A stretch of 64,000 bases of DNA. It comes from an uncultured Gammaproteobacteria bacterium. GTDB taxonomy: Bacteria; Pseudomonadota; Gammaproteobacteria; Steroidobacterales; Woeseiaceae. The stretch is from NCBI GenBank assembly GCA_963711285.1, contig CAVQDJ010000018.1:190325-254324 (forward strand). Direction: 5' to 3'. A program made the translations under genes and the position numbers. Below, piece by piece: positions 1 to 12,938 of the stretch; position 1 is the first letter of the stretch, and each line of letters starts with the position of its first letter. Under the pieces are notes generated by a model that was not told the DNA's origin, made no database searches, and saw only the letters and a list, made by a program, of their open reading frames with translations.

Positions 1-145
1 AGGCAGGCCCGGCGTCAAACTCCTGCCTGATGGCTGGACCGTCGTCACGAAGGATCACAGCCTGTCGGCGCAATGGGAGCACACCGTACTTGTCACCGAG
101 AATGGCTACGAAGTTCTCACGCTGGGCGCTGCCCGTGATAACTAG
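1..145 (+). CDS. map: methionine aminopeptidase, C-terminal fragment (5' end lies outside the window)
   Basis: The open frame from the window edge reads ...[40 protein letters not shown] with the stop at 143-145. This is a typical type I MetAP C-terminus. The map-glnD-dapD order is the classic gammaproteobacterial arrangement. Confidence 0.85.
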   Translation, partial: GRPGVKLLPDGWTVVTKDHSLSAQWEHTVLVTENGYEVLTLGAARDN

Positions 146-164
146 GTTATCTACCAATTAAACA

Positions 165-2843
165 ATGACTTACACGTCTATTGAGTGGGCCGAGTCGTTC
201 ACCGACGACGAGGCCCTGGGCATTCTTCGAGAAGCGCTCGCTCACGATTTGCCAGGCTCCAGCCGTGCCGGGCTGCAGGCCGCGAGTGAAAACCTCAAAC
301 AGCGATTTCTCGACGGCGAATCCGTTGTGTCGCTGGTGCATCTGCGAGCGAGGCTCGTCGACGATTTGCTCATTCACCTCTGGCATAGATATGCCGGCGA
401 CTGTGCGCAAGTCGCGGCGCTGGTCGCGGTTGGCGGCTACGGTCGGGCCGAGCTTCATCCGTCATCGGATGTCGACATCATGCTGTTAGTTGCCGACGAC
501 CTGCCAGCGAGCAGCGAGAGCCAGCTTTCAGACTTCGTGACAGCGCTGTGGGACGTCGGCCTCGAGATCGGCCACAGCGTGCGCACAGTGGCCCAGTGCT
601 TCGAAGAAGCAAAGAGAGACCTGACTGTTGCAACCACATTACTCGAATCGCGCAAGCTGATCGGTCCGGACGCGTTATACGAGCAAATGCAGGCAGCTGT
701 CGCGGCCGACAAGGTGTGGCCACCGACCGAGTACTTTGTCGAAAAACGCAAGGAGCAAATCGCCCGTCACCATCGATACGGCGACACAGCGTACAACCTC
801 GAGCCCAACGTAAAAGGCAGTCCAGGTGGCCTGCGCGATATCCAGATGATCGGCTGGGTCGCAAAACGCCATTTCGGTGTCGAGACCTTTGATGAACTCG
901 TTGCGCATAAATTCCTGACGCCCGGACAGGTGCAGCGGCTGCATGACGGCCAGGAATTTCTTTGGCGCGTACGCTTTGGCCTGCATATTCTGACCGGGCG
1001 GCGCGAAGACCGGATTCTGTTCGATCATCAGATCAAGCTCGCAGAGATGCTCGGTTATGAGGATGCGACCTATACGCTTGCCGTCGAGCAGCTCATGCAG
1101 CGCTACTACCGCACGGTGATGGAGCTTAGCCGCGTCAACGAGATGCTCCTGCAGCTGTTCGAGGAGGCGATCCTGATGGATCCCGACGCTCCTCCCGAGC
1201 CGCTCAACAAACGTTTTCAGGTCAAAAACGGGTTCTTGCAAACCGTCAATAACCGCGTATTTGCCCGGGACCCATCGGCGTTACTCGAACTGTTTCTGTT
1301 GTTGCAGCAGAATCCGGAAATTCGCGGCGTGAGTGCCTACACAATCGGCCTGATCAAGCGAAGCCTGCACCTGATCGATGAGGAGTTTCGCCAGAATCCG
1401 CGCAATCACCGTCTGTTCCTGTCAATCCTGCGCGCTCCGGAGGGGGTGACCCACGAACTCCGGCGCATGAATCTCTACGGCGTACTGGGCCTCTACATTC
1501 CGTCGTTTGGTCGTATTGTCGGCCGCATGCAGTACGACTTGTTTCACGCCTACACCGTCGACGAACACACGCTCTTCGTCGTCAGCAATCTGCGACGATT
1601 CGCGTTGTCGCGATTCGATCACGAATACCCGCATTGCAGCCGCGTTATGCAGGAATTTGAGAAGCCTGAAATTGCCTACCTGAGCGGCCTGTTTCACGAC
1701 ATCGCCAAAGGCCGTGGCGGCGACCATTCCGAACTCGGTGCGGTCGATGCTGAATCATTTTGTCTCGAGCACGGCCTCAGTAAATACGAGGCGCGCATGG
1801 TTGCCTGGCTCGTTCGCCATCACCTCATTCTTTCGACCACTGCGCAGAAAAAGGACATTGGCGACCCAGATGTGGTCAACGAGTTCGCATCGCTGGTGCG
1901 CGACCCGCTACACCTCGACTACCTCTATGTCCTGACGATTGCGGATGTGCGCGGTACGAATCCGAAGCTCTGGAATTCCTGGAAAGCCACATTGTTTCGC
2001 GATCTGTATGAACTCACGCATCGTGCACTGCGGCACGGGCTCGAAAATCCGATCGACGGTGAGCAGCTTATCCTCGAAAAACAGTCGCAGGCACGCGAGA
2101 TGCTGCAAGCAAAGAATATCGGCGACGATCGCATCGATGCTGTGTGGCGCCTGTTGGACGACACGTATTTTCTGCGCCATCGTTCCGATGAAATCGTCTG
2201 GCACACGGAATGGCTTGCTGATTCGGATACCGAGTCCGGGGTCGGCTTGCTCGACGTTCGGCGCCAGGCAAAAGGAGACGGCATAGAGGCGGTCATCTAC
2301 ACGCCACAAACGCGGCGTACATTTGCGCATGCGACTGCAATCCTCGATGAACTTGGCATGACAATCGTAGATGCGCGGATTGTGCCGATCGAGAACGGTT
2401 GCAGTATTGACACATTCATATTTATGGAACTTGACAAGCGCATCGATATTGACGAAGCAAGATTAAGCAAGATTCGGCGCTCTTTGACCCGCGTGCTTAC
2501 CGCGAGTGACGACAGTGTCGCGCGGGTCACGCGCGCGGCGCCGCGCCAGGTGCGCGTATTCAAGACGAAAACCCGCGTCGATTTTACGCAAAATACGACG
2601 GATGGCAGCACCATCATGGAGTTGGTAGCTGCCGATCGTCCGGGGCTCCTGAGTAAGATCGGTCAGGCATTTATCGCGCAGGACGTAGATATCGCGGCGG
2701 CCAAAATCATGACGATTGGCGAGCGCGCGGAAGATGTCTTCTACATCAGCGATATTCGCGGTTTGCCGTTAGGTGAAGAAGTCAGGGAAAAATTACGCCA
2801 CGAACTGATCGCCAAATTAGATGATAATAGCCCTGCAACCTAG
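165..2843 (+). CDS. glnD: [protein-PII] uridylyltransferase / uridylyl-removing enzyme
   Basis: 892-aa ORF. It has an N-terminal nucleotidyltransferase region ([19 protein letters not shown]), an HD domain ([17 protein letters not shown]) and two C-terminal ACT-like segments. It sits between map and dapD. Confidence 0.95.
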   Translation: MTYTSIEWAESFTDDEALGILREALAHDLPGSSRAGLQAASENLKQRFLDGESVVSLVHLRARLVDDLLIHLWHRYAGDCAQVAALVAVGGYGRAELHPSSDVDIMLLVADDLPASSESQLSDFVTALWDVGLEIGHSVRTVAQCFEEAKRDLTVATTLLESRKLIGPDALYEQMQAAVAADKVWPPTEYFVEKRKEQIARHHRYGDTAYNLEPNVKGSPGGLRDIQMIGWVAKRHFGVETFDELVAHKFLTPGQVQRLHDGQEFLWRVRFGLHILTGRREDRILFDHQIKLAEMLGYEDATYTLAVEQLMQRYYRTVMELSRVNEMLLQLFEEAILMDPDAPPEPLNKRFQVKNGFLQTVNNRVFARDPSALLELFLLLQQNPEIRGVSAYTIGLIKRSLHLIDEEFRQNPRNHRLFLSILRAPEGVTHELRRMNLYGVLGLYIPSFGRIVGRMQYDLFHAYTVDEHTLFVVSNLRRFALSRFDHEYPHCSRVMQEFEKPEIAYLSGLFHDIAKGRGGDHSELGAVDAESFCLEHGLSKYEARMVAWLVRHHLILSTTAQKKDIGDPDVVNEFASLVRDPLHLDYLYVLTIADVRGTNPKLWNSWKATLFRDLYELTHRALRHGLENPIDGEQLILEKQSQAREMLQAKNIGDDRIDAVWRLLDDTYFLRHRSDEIVWHTEWLADSDTESGVGLLDVRRQAKGDGIEAVIYTPQTRRTFAHATAILDELGMTIVDARIVPIENGCSIDTFIFMELDKRIDIDEARLSKIRRSLTRVLTASDDSVARVTRAAPRQVRVFKTKTRVDFTQNTTDGSTIMELVAADRPGLLSKIGQAFIAQDVDIAAAKIMTIGERAEDVFYISDIRGLPLGEEVREKLRHELIAKLDDNSPAT

Positions 2844-2875
2844 GCGAACCACGAATCACGAATCACGAATCACGG
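2844..2875. repeat. heptanucleotide microsatellite (ACGAATC x3 plus flanking partial copies) in the glnD-dapD spacer
   Basis: Direct reading gives gcgaacc-acgaatc-acgaatc-acgaatc-acgg, ending 9 nt before the dapD ATG at 2884. Confidence 0.8.
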
Positions 2876-2883
2876 AAATTAGC

Positions 2884-3708
2884 ATGCAAGACCTGATTGA
2901 GATCATTGAACGCGGATTCGATCAAAGCGGCCGCATGGAAGACGCAGCCGATCACGAGAGGCTTACCGGTGCTGTGCAGCAGGCTATCGCTTTGCTCGAT
3001 AGCGGAGAAGCACGCGTTGCCGAGAAGATCGATGGCGACTGGCATGTCAATCAGTGGCTCAAAAAGGCTGTCCTGCTTAGCTTCCGGCTCGCAGACAACG
3101 GTGTTATCGAAGGTGCACACAGCAAATTCTACGACAAGGTGCCGATGAAGTACGCCGACTATTCGGCGGAGGACTTCAAACGGGACGGTGTTCGAGTCGT
3201 CCCCGATGCGATCGTCCGTCGCGGCGCGTTCGTTGCTTCGGACGTCGTGCTGATGCCTAGCTACGTCAACGTCGGCGCATTCGTCGAGTCGGGGACCATG
3301 GTCGACACCTGGGCCACTGTGGGTAGCTGCGCTCAGATTGGCAGGAATGTGCATTTGTCAGGCGGTGTTGGTATTGGCGGGGTGCTCGAGCCCGTGCAGG
3401 CCGGACCGACGATAATTGAGGACGACTGCTTTATCGGCGCTCGATCGGAAATCGTCGAGGGTGTCATTGTCGAACATGGGTCGGTTGTATCGATGGGCGT
3501 CTACATTGGTCAGAGTACCCGCATCTACGATCGGCAAACGGAGAAGATTTCCTATGGACGAATTCCGGCCGGGTCGGTCGTCGTTCCGGGCAACCTGCCC
3601 TCTGCTGACGGCAAGTATTCACTTTACTGTGCCGTTATCGTAAAACATGTTGATGAAAAGACTCGCTCGAAGACGAGTTTGAATGATTTGTTGCGCAACA
3701 CGGATTGA
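2884..3708 (+). CDS. dapD: 2,3,4,5-tetrahydropyridine-2,6-dicarboxylate N-succinyltransferase
   Basis: [12 protein letters not shown]... followed by a hexapeptide-repeat left-handed beta-helix region ([40 protein letters not shown]). I chose the internal ATG at 2884 because the longer ORF (2821) overlaps the glnD stop. Confidence 0.93.
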   Translation: MQDLIEIIERGFDQSGRMEDAADHERLTGAVQQAIALLDSGEARVAEKIDGDWHVNQWLKKAVLLSFRLADNGVIEGAHSKFYDKVPMKYADYSAEDFKRDGVRVVPDAIVRRGAFVASDVVLMPSYVNVGAFVESGTMVDTWATVGSCAQIGRNVHLSGGVGIGGVLEPVQAGPTIIEDDCFIGARSEIVEGVIVEHGSVVSMGVYIGQSTRIYDRQTEKISYGRIPAGSVVVPGNLPSADGKYSLYCAVIVKHVDEKTRSKTSLNDLLRNTD

Positions 3709-3720
3709 CGAGGCGAACAC

Positions 3721-4086
3721 GTGCTAACGGTCTATGGCATCAGAAGCTGCGACACTTGCAGAAAAGCGAGGAAGTACCTCGACGCGCACAATATCGAGCA
3801 CAGGTTTCACGACCTGCGCGAGGACGGTCTGGACATTCAGACGCTCGAACGCTGGACACAACGTTTAGGCTGGGAGAAGCTGCTGAACAAGCAGAGCCTG
3901 ACGTGGCGCAAAATCCCCGAGGTCGATCGCAACGATATGACACGTGACAAAGCGCTTGCGGCGATGATCGACAGCCCAACGCTGGTCAAGCGCCCGGTGC
4001 TCGAAGCCGACAACTTCATCGCGGTAGGCTTTTCGGAGAAGCGCTTCGGTTCCGAACTTCTGTGGACGAAGACTGACGATTGCTAG
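3721..4086 (+). CDS. ArsC/Spx/YffB-family thioredoxin-fold protein
   Basis: 121 aa with a GTG start. [32 protein letters not shown]... carries the CxxC-type motif and has the length typical of YffB-like ArsC-family proteins. Confidence 0.8.
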   Translation: MLTVYGIRSCDTCRKARKYLDAHNIEHRFHDLREDGLDIQTLERWTQRLGWEKLLNKQSLTWRKIPEVDRNDMTRDKALAAMIDSPTLVKRPVLEADNFIAVGFSEKRFGSELLWTKTDDC

Positions 4087-5059
4087 AGGAAGCGCGCATA
4101 GCGAGCCCGTCGGTGGCATGCGGACTTACCCGATGCGATCCGGTTATGTAGTCTTCGGTGAGCTTGTGCTGCGGATTCGTGAACATCCTGTCGGTTTCGT
4201 CGACCTCGATCAGCAAACCGAGGTGAAAGTACGCAACTCGTTTTGATACACGTGCTGCCTGCTGCATCGAATGCGTGACGATGACGATCGCATAGTCCTC
4301 TGACAGCTCGTCCATCAGGTCCTCGATGCGCGCGGTTGCTATGGGATCGAGCGCCGAACACGGCTCGTCCATCAAAATAACTTCGGGATTGACGGCAATC
4401 GTTCGTGCGATACAGAGTCGCTGCTGCTGGCCGCCCGACAATCCGGTGCCGGGCTCTTCCAGCCGGTCTTTTACTTCTTTCAGTAATCCCGCCCTTTCGA
4501 GACTCGTGTGCACGATGTCATCAAGTTCGGCACGGTCAGTGGCCAGGCCATGTATGCGCGGGCCGTAGGCGACATTGTCGTAAATGCTCTTAGGAAACGG
4601 ATTCGGCTTCTGGAATACCATGCCGACACGCGCACGAAGCGCCACTGGATCGAGATCTTTTCCGTAGATATCCTGCCCGCCGAGTGTAATCTCCCCGGTA
4701 ACCCGGGCAGACTCGATCGTATCGTTCATACGATTCAGGCAACGCAGAAATGTCGACTTGCCGCAACCGGATGGCCCGATCAGCGCAATGACCTCTTTCT
4801 TGCTTATCTCGAGCGTGACGTTCTTGATCGCATGATTGTCGCCATAGTGAACATTGACGTTCTCAGCGATGACATACGGATTCTCGCAACGGAAGTCACC
4901 GATCGTCTGGCCCACGTCGGTAAGCTGATTGACGACAGGTTCGGGATACTCACGATTCGCGCCATGCTCTGGCGTCGGCATTTCCGCGACGCCGGGCCCG
5001 GCACTACCCGGCAGTTGATCATCAGACACGTTTGCTTCCGTCATTTGAGCCATTGTCAT
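4016..5059 (-). CDS. pstB: phosphate ABC transporter ATP-binding protein PstB, with an apparent frameshift at the 3' end
   Basis: Walker A ([12 protein letters not shown]), ABC signature ([13 protein letters not shown]) and Walker B ([11 protein letters not shown]) are all present. I chose the ATG at 5059 because an AAGGA Shine-Dalgarno lies 8 nt upstream. The canonical ending ...TEDYITGRIG* (stop 4126-4128) is restored by skipping one base near 4139. As read, the frame runs on to 4016 and overlaps the neighbouring gene. Confidence 0.93.
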   Translation of the reverse strand: MTMAQMTEANVSDDQLPGSAGPGVAEMPTPEHGANREYPEPVVNQLTDVGQTIGDFRCENPYVIAENVNVHYGDNHAIKNVTLEISKKEVIALIGPSGCGKSTFLRCLNRMNDTIESARVTGEITLGGQDIYGKDLDPVALRARVGMVFQKPNPFPKSIYDNVAYGPRIHGLATDRAELDDIVHTSLERAGLLKEVKDRLEEPGTGLSGGQQQRLCIARTIAVNPEVILMDEPCSALDPIATARIEDLMDELSEDYAIVIVTHSMQQAARVSKRVAYFHLGLLIEVDETDRMFTNPQHKLTEDYITGSHRVSPHATDGLAMRASSSNRQSSSTEVRNRSASPKSLPR

Positions 5060-5086
5060 ACAGCTATCCTTCGACCTCAATCGAGA

Positions 5087-6364
5087 TCACCACTTCTTTT
5101 CCATTCGTTTCCGAATTATTACGGCGGTCAGGTTCATCAACAGCAAAAAACCGAGCAGCACGACAATCGCCGCAGACGTCCGTTCTGCGAAGGCGCGTTC
5201 CGGACTATCGGCCCACAAGTAGATCTGCACCGGCAGGGCTGTCGCGGGATCAGAAAATCCGCCCGGAACGTCGACGATGAACGCAACCATGCCAATCATC
5301 AACAGTGGTGCCGACTCACCCAGCGCCCGGCTCATGCCGATAATCGTGCCGGTGAGCATGCCCGGCAGGGCCAGCGGCATCACGTGATGAAACACCACCT
5401 GCATTTTCGATGCACCAAGCCCGAGCGCCGCCTCCCTGATCGAGGGCGGCACGGCTTTGATTGCAGCGCGCGACGCGATGATGATCACAGGTAACGTCAA
5501 TAACGAGAGCACGAGGCCGCCGACAAGTGGCGCAGATCGGGGGATCCCCACCCAGTTGATGAACACGGCAAGTCCCAACAGGCCGAAGACTATGGAAGGA
5601 ACCGCGGCGAGATTATTGATGTTCACCTCGATCAGATCGGACCAGCGACTCCGCGGAGCGAATTCCTCTAGGTATATCGCCGCGGCGACGCCAATTGGAA
5701 AAGCGAGCAGGACCGTAACGATCAGCATGTAGAAAGAGCCCATCAGGGCACCCTTGATGCCGGCAAGTTCAGGTTCGCGCGAGTCTCCGTTCGAAAACAG
5801 CGCGTAGTTGAACCTGGTTTCGAGGCGGCCCGCATCCTGCAATTTCCGAATCCATGACAATTGCCTGTCGGACAGCGGTCGCAGCGCCTCGTCGAGAGAG
5901 GCGTCGATATTGCCTTTAACATACATATCGACGACTGACGATGCGGGCACCCAAAGCGACTCTCGGGCGCCGAGCAGTTCAGGATCGGCTTCGATCATGT
6001 CCTGCATTTGATAGCCGGCGCCGATACTAACGAGCTTGTTCAACTCGCGTCGCTCGCTCCGTCCGGAGACGCCAGGAAATTCCGACCGCATCGCGCTTCG
6101 CACAAGGCCATCGAAGTCCGCATAGGTCAGATCCCATTCTCCGCCGGGCGCGATAACGTTCTCGCTGAATTCGACATCCAGCTTGACAAAGGTCTGTACA
6201 AACGCGGTCGAACTCTTCACAAACAGGTCGGCAAAGAAGACGCCCAGGAAGACGATGCCGACTGTGGTTGCGAGCATTCCCGACAGCTGAAAAAGGAATT
6301 CGCGACGCCGCCTTCGGGGCAGACCGGCTTCCACTTTGCGACGTGTAATCTGAGACGATTCCAT
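5087..6364 (-). CDS. pstA: phosphate ABC transporter permease PstA (long form)
   Basis: Multi-TM permease with an EAA-like loop (SIREAALGLGASKMQVVFHHVMPLALPGMLTG). It lies between pstC and pstB. I chose the ATG at 6364 to avoid overlap with pstC. Confidence 0.9.
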   Translation of the reverse strand: MESSQITRRKVEAGLPRRRRREFLFQLSGMLATTVGIVFLGVFFADLFVKSSTAFVQTFVKLDVEFSENVIAPGGEWDLTYADFDGLVRSAMRSEFPGVSGRSERRELNKLVSIGAGYQMQDMIEADPELLGARESLWVPASSVVDMYVKGNIDASLDEALRPLSDRQLSWIRKLQDAGRLETRFNYALFSNGDSREPELAGIKGALMGSFYMLIVTVLLAFPIGVAAAIYLEEFAPRSRWSDLIEVNINNLAAVPSIVFGLLGLAVFINWVGIPRSAPLVGGLVLSLLTLPVIIIASRAAIKAVPPSIREAALGLGASKMQVVFHHVMPLALPGMLTGTIIGMSRALGESAPLLMIGMVAFIVDVPGGFSDPATALPVQIYLWADSPERAFAERTSAAIVVLLGFLLLMNLTAVIIRKRMEKKW

Positions 6365-6381
6365 GGATTCAGCTCTAAGGG

Positions 6382-7770
6382 CTAGTCGTACTGTTCGCGG
6401 TATTTGCGCACGAATTGAAGACCAACGACGTTCAAACACAGCGTGACGACGAAGAGCATCAGGCCCAATGCGAATGCCGCCAGCGTCTTCGCACTGTCGA
6501 ACTCCTGGTCGCCTACCAGCAGTGTAACGATCTGCACCGTCACGGTTGTCACTGCCTCAAACGGGTTGGCTGTCAGGTTCGCAGCAAGTCCCGCTGCCAT
6601 GACGACAATCATCGTCTCACCGATCGCGCGCGATACGGCCAGCAGAATGCCACCGACGATGCCTGGCAGTGCCGCCGGAAGTATGACCCGGGTCATGGTT
6701 TCGGATCGGGTCGAGCCCAGTCCGAGGGCCCCGTCGCGCATTGCAACCGGAACCGCATTGATTGCATCGTCGGCGAGCGACGAAACGAGCGGGATGATCA
6801 TGATCCCCATGACGAGTCCGGCCGCCAGCGCACTTTCTGATGCAACGTCGATGCCGAGAGATTCCCCTGTGCGTCGCACCCAGGGCGCCACGGTCAAGGC
6901 GGCGAAAAACCCGTAAACAACCGTCGGAATACCCGCCAGCACCTCGAGCAGTGGCTTGGCGACGTCCCGGATTCTCTGTGACGAGTACTCGGCCAGGAAG
7001 ATGGCGGTCATTAGCCCGACCGGGACCGCGACGAACATCGCGATGGCCGTAATCAACATCGTGCCGGTAAAAAGCGGCACAGCACCGAAGCTTCCCGATG
7101 AGCCGACCTGGTCGGCGCGAATCGCCGTCTGCGGGCTCCAGTTCAGGCCGAACAAAAACTCGGTGGCCGGTACCTTCTGAAAAAAGCGAATCGCTTCGAA
7201 CAGGACCGAGAGCACGATTCCTATTGTCGTGAATATCGCGATGCTGGACGCGGCGATCAGCCCCAGCAGAATGATCTGCTCCACCCGATTCCGCGCCCTG
7301 AGGTCCGGCCGAATGCGTCGCCAGGCGATGGTGCCGCCCAGCCCGCCGAGTCCCAGTGCAAGCGTCGCGAGTATGCGGCGACTGGTGGCCGTGTATTCGA
7401 GAAAACGCGCGGCTGCATCGCGGAGAACTATATCGGATTCACCGCTGATGGCATCGCCGGCAGCGAGATTCTGGATATTGTTCACGAACAGGTTGAGTTC
7501 GCCCGCCGACAAGGATTGGTACGTTTCGGGCAATCCCCGAACGACAAGCGCCACGATAACCGTCGGCTCGAGGAACATCCAAAGCAGCAGCACGCCGAGT
7601 GCCGGCAACAGCAACCAGATCGCGGTGAAGTAGCCATAGTAGCCCGGCAGAGAATGCAGGACCGAACCTTGCCGTGGACCGCCCACGAGAGCTACCGAGC
7701 GACGGCGCCCCACATAGAAGGCGACAACCGACATCGCAGCGAGTATCAGTATCAGCGTCGTACTTTGCAC
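6382..7770 (-). CDS. pstC: phosphate ABC transporter permease PstC (long form)
   Basis: 462-aa multi-TM permease (AMRDGALGLGSTRSETMTRVILPAALPGIVGG), placed immediately downstream of the binding-protein gene. Confidence 0.9.
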   Translation of the reverse strand: MQSTTLILILAAMSVVAFYVGRRRSVALVGGPRQGSVLHSLPGYYGYFTAIWLLLPALGVLLLWMFLEPTVIVALVVRGLPETYQSLSAGELNLFVNNIQNLAAGDAISGESDIVLRDAAARFLEYTATSRRILATLALGLGGLGGTIAWRRIRPDLRARNRVEQIILLGLIAASSIAIFTTIGIVLSVLFEAIRFFQKVPATEFLFGLNWSPQTAIRADQVGSSGSFGAVPLFTGTMLITAIAMFVAVPVGLMTAIFLAEYSSQRIRDVAKPLLEVLAGIPTVVYGFFAALTVAPWVRRTGESLGIDVASESALAAGLVMGIMIIPLVSSLADDAINAVPVAMRDGALGLGSTRSETMTRVILPAALPGIVGGILLAVSRAIGETMIVVMAAGLAANLTANPFEAVTTVTVQIVTLLVGDQEFDSAKTLAAFALGLMLFVVTLCLNVVGLQFVRKYREQYD

Positions 7771-7849
7771 GTTAGTTCGCGGCTCCCGATTTACACGAAA
7801 CAGCGGCGGTCAGGTGAGGACCGCCGCGGTCTGTCACTTGCGCCGTGGG

Positions 7850-10203
<2,354 letters not shown>

Positions 10204-10226
<23 letters not shown>

Positions 10227-10716
10227 GGGCCTTGCGCAGGTTGTTCCAAATACCCGCGATACCGAGTCCGGCCATGCAGATGAACACCCACGCCGGCATG
10301 GACAGACCAAGGAAGCTCCAGACGACTTCGGCACATTCTCCCGAACCCTCGAAGACCATGCGCAGGGCTTCGCCGAGCGGGAAGTTGTCGAGCATGTAGT
10401 CGAGGCCCGGGCCGCAGGACGGGACCTCGCTCGGCGGCAGATTCTGCAGCCGCCAGTGCCATCCGGCAATCGTCGCGCCGTCGCCCGCGAACAACAGCAT
10501 CAGTATCGCGTAGACGCGCCGCCCCCAACCGCTCGGGTCATGCAGGGCTGCAACCAGGAATACGATACCCAGTCCAATCACCGCAACCCGTTGCAGGACA
10601 CACAGCGGACACGGGTCGAGCAGCAACACGTGCTGGGCGTAAAGTGCGAAACCCATCATGCCGACACAGCACAAAAAGCCGGCGAAGTTAAGAATGCGCG
10701 GTCCGGGAATATTCAT
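10204..10716 (-). CDS. dsbB: disulfide bond formation protein B
   Basis: 170-aa four-TM protein with a CxxC motif (LLDPCPLCVLQR) and a second periplasmic Cys pair (SEVPSCGPG...GECAEV). Confidence 0.85.
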
Positions 10717-10722
10717 TGCTCG

Positions 10723-11436
10723 TTATTCAGATTCGAGATCGGCTGCGTCGGAAATGCCAGTATGACGGACGTCCCTGCCCTTCACCATGTAGATGACATA
10801 CTCGCAGATGTTCTTCGCGTGGTCACCGATACGTTCCAACGAGCGGGCCGTCCAGGTGACATTCATGACGCGTTTGATACTGCGCGGATCTTCCATCATG
10901 AACGTGATGCACTGACGCTGAATCGCATTGTATTCTTCGTCGACCTGCTCGTCTTCACGCACGACCTCGAACGCATCATCGACATCGAGACGCGCGAAAG
11001 CATTCATCGCGTCCCGCAACATGTGTGAGACATGCGTACCGAGCGACTTCAATTCGCGATAGGAATCCGACGGCCGGTCCATGCCCGCCAGTTTCGAAGC
11101 CAGGAATCCGATCTTTTCGGCCTCGTCACCGATGCGCTCCAGGTCCGTGATCGTTTTGATGATCGCGACGATCAGACGAAGGTCGCCAGCCGCAGGCGAT
11201 CGCGTGGCCAGGATGCGGCTGCATTCCTCGTCAATATTGACTTCGAGGTCGTTGACCTTGTAGTCGTCTTTCGCGACCTTGAGTCCCAGTTCGCTGTCGC
11301 CGCTGACGATTGCCGATATTGCAAGCGCCAGCTGCGCCTCGACGAGGCCGCCCATTGCTAAAACACTATTCCTCAGATCTTCAATATCCTTATTGAAGCG
11401 CCGTGAAATATGATCTGTCAGATCGGATGCTTCCAT
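10723..11436 (-). CDS. phoU: phosphate signalling complex protein PhoU
   Basis: 237 aa with the duplicated PhoU repeats, each carrying the E(R)IGD motif (DLERIGDEAEKI and SLERIGDHAKNI). Confidence 0.95.
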   Translation of the reverse strand: MEASDLTDHISRRFNKDIEDLRNSVLAMGGLVEAQLALAISAIVSGDSELGLKVAKDDYKVNDLEVNIDEECSRILATRSPAAGDLRLIVAIIKTITDLERIGDEAEKIGFLASKLAGMDRPSDSYRELKSLGTHVSHMLRDAMNAFARLDVDDAFEVVREDEQVDEEYNAIQRQCITFMMEDPRSIKRVMNVTWTARSLERIGDHAKNICEYVIYMVKGRDVRHTGISDAADLESE

Positions 11437-11515
11437 GTTATACGTCGCCTCCGCTATTGGCTGCGGTGCCTATGTCACTTGAATTTGAACCCGACGTCAA
11501 GGCCGCACACACCCG

Positions 11516-12817
11516 CTACTTCCATTTCCATTGGGTGTCGAGCATGAGCCGGTTGTAGTCGCTCTTGCTGCCTGAGCTGATGTCGGCTTCGTTAATGAAG
11601 TAGTGAGCACCGATCGACCAGCTCTTGCTGATCCCGTAGTTCAGCTGCAGCAAGTGACCTTTGTTGTCAGTTCCGCCTCCGGCAAAATCCGAGTCTGTCA
11701 ACAAGCCGAGCACAGAATCGGCTTCCTTGTCCGCGTAAAGATAGGCGAACTCGACCTGGCCTCGATCTTTCGCCTGTCCTACCCGCGTACCGACAGCCCA
11801 TGCCGTATCGTTGTCAGACGGATCGCTGTTATTCACGTAATCAAGAAAGACGACGGTCGGCCAGTCGCCCAGATCGAATGAAGCTTCAGCAAAAACCTCG
11901 GTCAACAAGTAGTCGTAGAGATATGTGCAGCTCGTGTCGGGCGTACTGCCGCAGGGCAGTCCTCCAGCCTCGACAGCAGAATTGCCGAAATAGTCGCCTG
12001 CGTCGGCGGGATCACCGAATGCCGTGCCCTCGCCCTTGGTCTTAATCGAGTAATAGCCGATGCCGCCCTTGACCGTCGCGCCGCCGATCTCGCCCGACGC
12101 ACCGAGTTGCCCGCCCCAACTGAAGTTGCTGTTGCTCTTCCCGGTGTCGCTCTCGAGGTAAGTACCGATCGCGTTCGCGAAGAACCAGTCACGCTTGTAC
12201 GTCAGTGCGAGCCCCTCTGGCGTCCAGTCGCCGTCCCAGAGCAGCTGCTGTTTACCGACGCGCATTAACGGGTTCTTGTATTTGCCACCCATCAAATGCA
12301 GGCCATCAGTCACTTCCCAGTCCACATACGCCAGACTCAAAACGACGCCCTTCGACGAACCGCCACCACCCAGAGTCTGGTTTGCCGACACTGGGTCATC
12401 ACTGCCCGTGGACAGGCTGAAACCCACTTCGACATCATCTGACAGGTCCGCTCGAATATTTGCACGGGCGCGAATCCGGTTGCGATTGCGCGCCGGGCTG
12501 CCCTCAACGTCGATGTTCTCGTAGCGATAACGAAAATCCCCGTCCAGCCTGATTCGGTCTGGCCATGACTCGGCAGCCGTGGCGGCACCCGTCGCCTGAA
12601 CTTGCGCAATACTCGTTTGCGCGTCAGCAATGGTCGTGGCCGTCTGCGCCTGAGAACGTTTTAGCTCCGCATTTTCGGCGGCGAGTTCGTCAAGCCGTTG
12701 CGACACGGCCGCAAGCTGCCTGCGCAGCTGCTCGAAGTCTTCGTCGCTGACCTCGCCAAACGCCGTGGACCATGCGAATACATTGACCATCAACAACAGG
12801 ATGAGCTTTCGCTTCAT
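11516..12817 (-). CDS. putative outer-membrane porin with an N-terminal coiled coil (likely Pho-regulated)
   Basis: It has a signal peptide (MKRKLILLLMVNVFAWSTAFG) and a coiled-coil segment (EQLRRQLAAVSQRLDELAAENAELKR). This is followed by alternating beta-strand-like sequence ending ...LDTQWKWK. A GGAG Shine-Dalgarno precedes the ATG at 12817, and a Pho box lies upstream. Confidence 0.6.
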   Translation of the reverse strand: MKRKLILLLMVNVFAWSTAFGEVSDEDFEQLRRQLAAVSQRLDELAAENAELKRSQAQTATTIADAQTSIAQVQATGAATAAESWPDRIRLDGDFRYRYENIDVEGSPARNRNRIRARANIRADLSDDVEVGFSLSTGSDDPVSANQTLGGGGSSKGVVLSLAYVDWEVTDGLHLMGGKYKNPLMRVGKQQLLWDGDWTPEGLALTYKRDWFFANAIGTYLESDTGKSNSNFSWGGQLGASGEIGGATVKGGIGYYSIKTKGEGTAFGDPADAGDYFGNSAVEAGGLPCGSTPDTSCTYLYDYLLTEVFAEASFDLGDWPTVVFLDYVNNSDPSDNDTAWAVGTRVGQAKDRGQVEFAYLYADKEADSVLGLLTDSDFAGGGTDNKGHLLQLNYGISKSWSIGAHYFINEADISSGSKSDYNRLMLDTQWKWK

Positions 12818-12891
12818 TTTGTACTCCAGGGGTAATAGTGAGAAGTTGCACAACCCACTCGCTTGCAGGAAGAGGATTCTGCCTCGGGTTC

Positions 12892-12920
12892 TTTACAGAA
12901 TTGTTACAGTAACGTAACCG
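12892..12920 (-). promoter_or_regulatory. putative Pho box (three phased half-sites) upstream of the porin gene
   Basis: The minus strand reads CGGTTAC-GTTA-CTGTAAC-AATT-CTGTAAA with 11-bp phasing. It is followed 10 nt later by CAGAAT. It closely matches the E. coli-type consensus CTGTCAT-AAAA-CTGTCAT. Confidence 0.6.
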
Positions 12921-12938
12921 AATCTTGACGCACGCAAT

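Noticed and set aside
4016-4126. The pstB C-terminus overlaps the 3' end of the convergent ArsC-family gene by 70 nt, which could be read as genuine overlapping genes or a novel PstB extension.
   Set aside because: The extension has low-complexity, non-conserved sequence. Skipping one base restores the canonical PstB ending GRIG* at 4126, so a frameshift artefact is more likely.
4508-5494. A 328-aa plus-strand ORF spans pstB and pstA.
   Set aside because: It is antisense to two strongly supported ABC-transporter genes. Its Arg/His-rich composition is typical of out-of-frame GC-rich translation.
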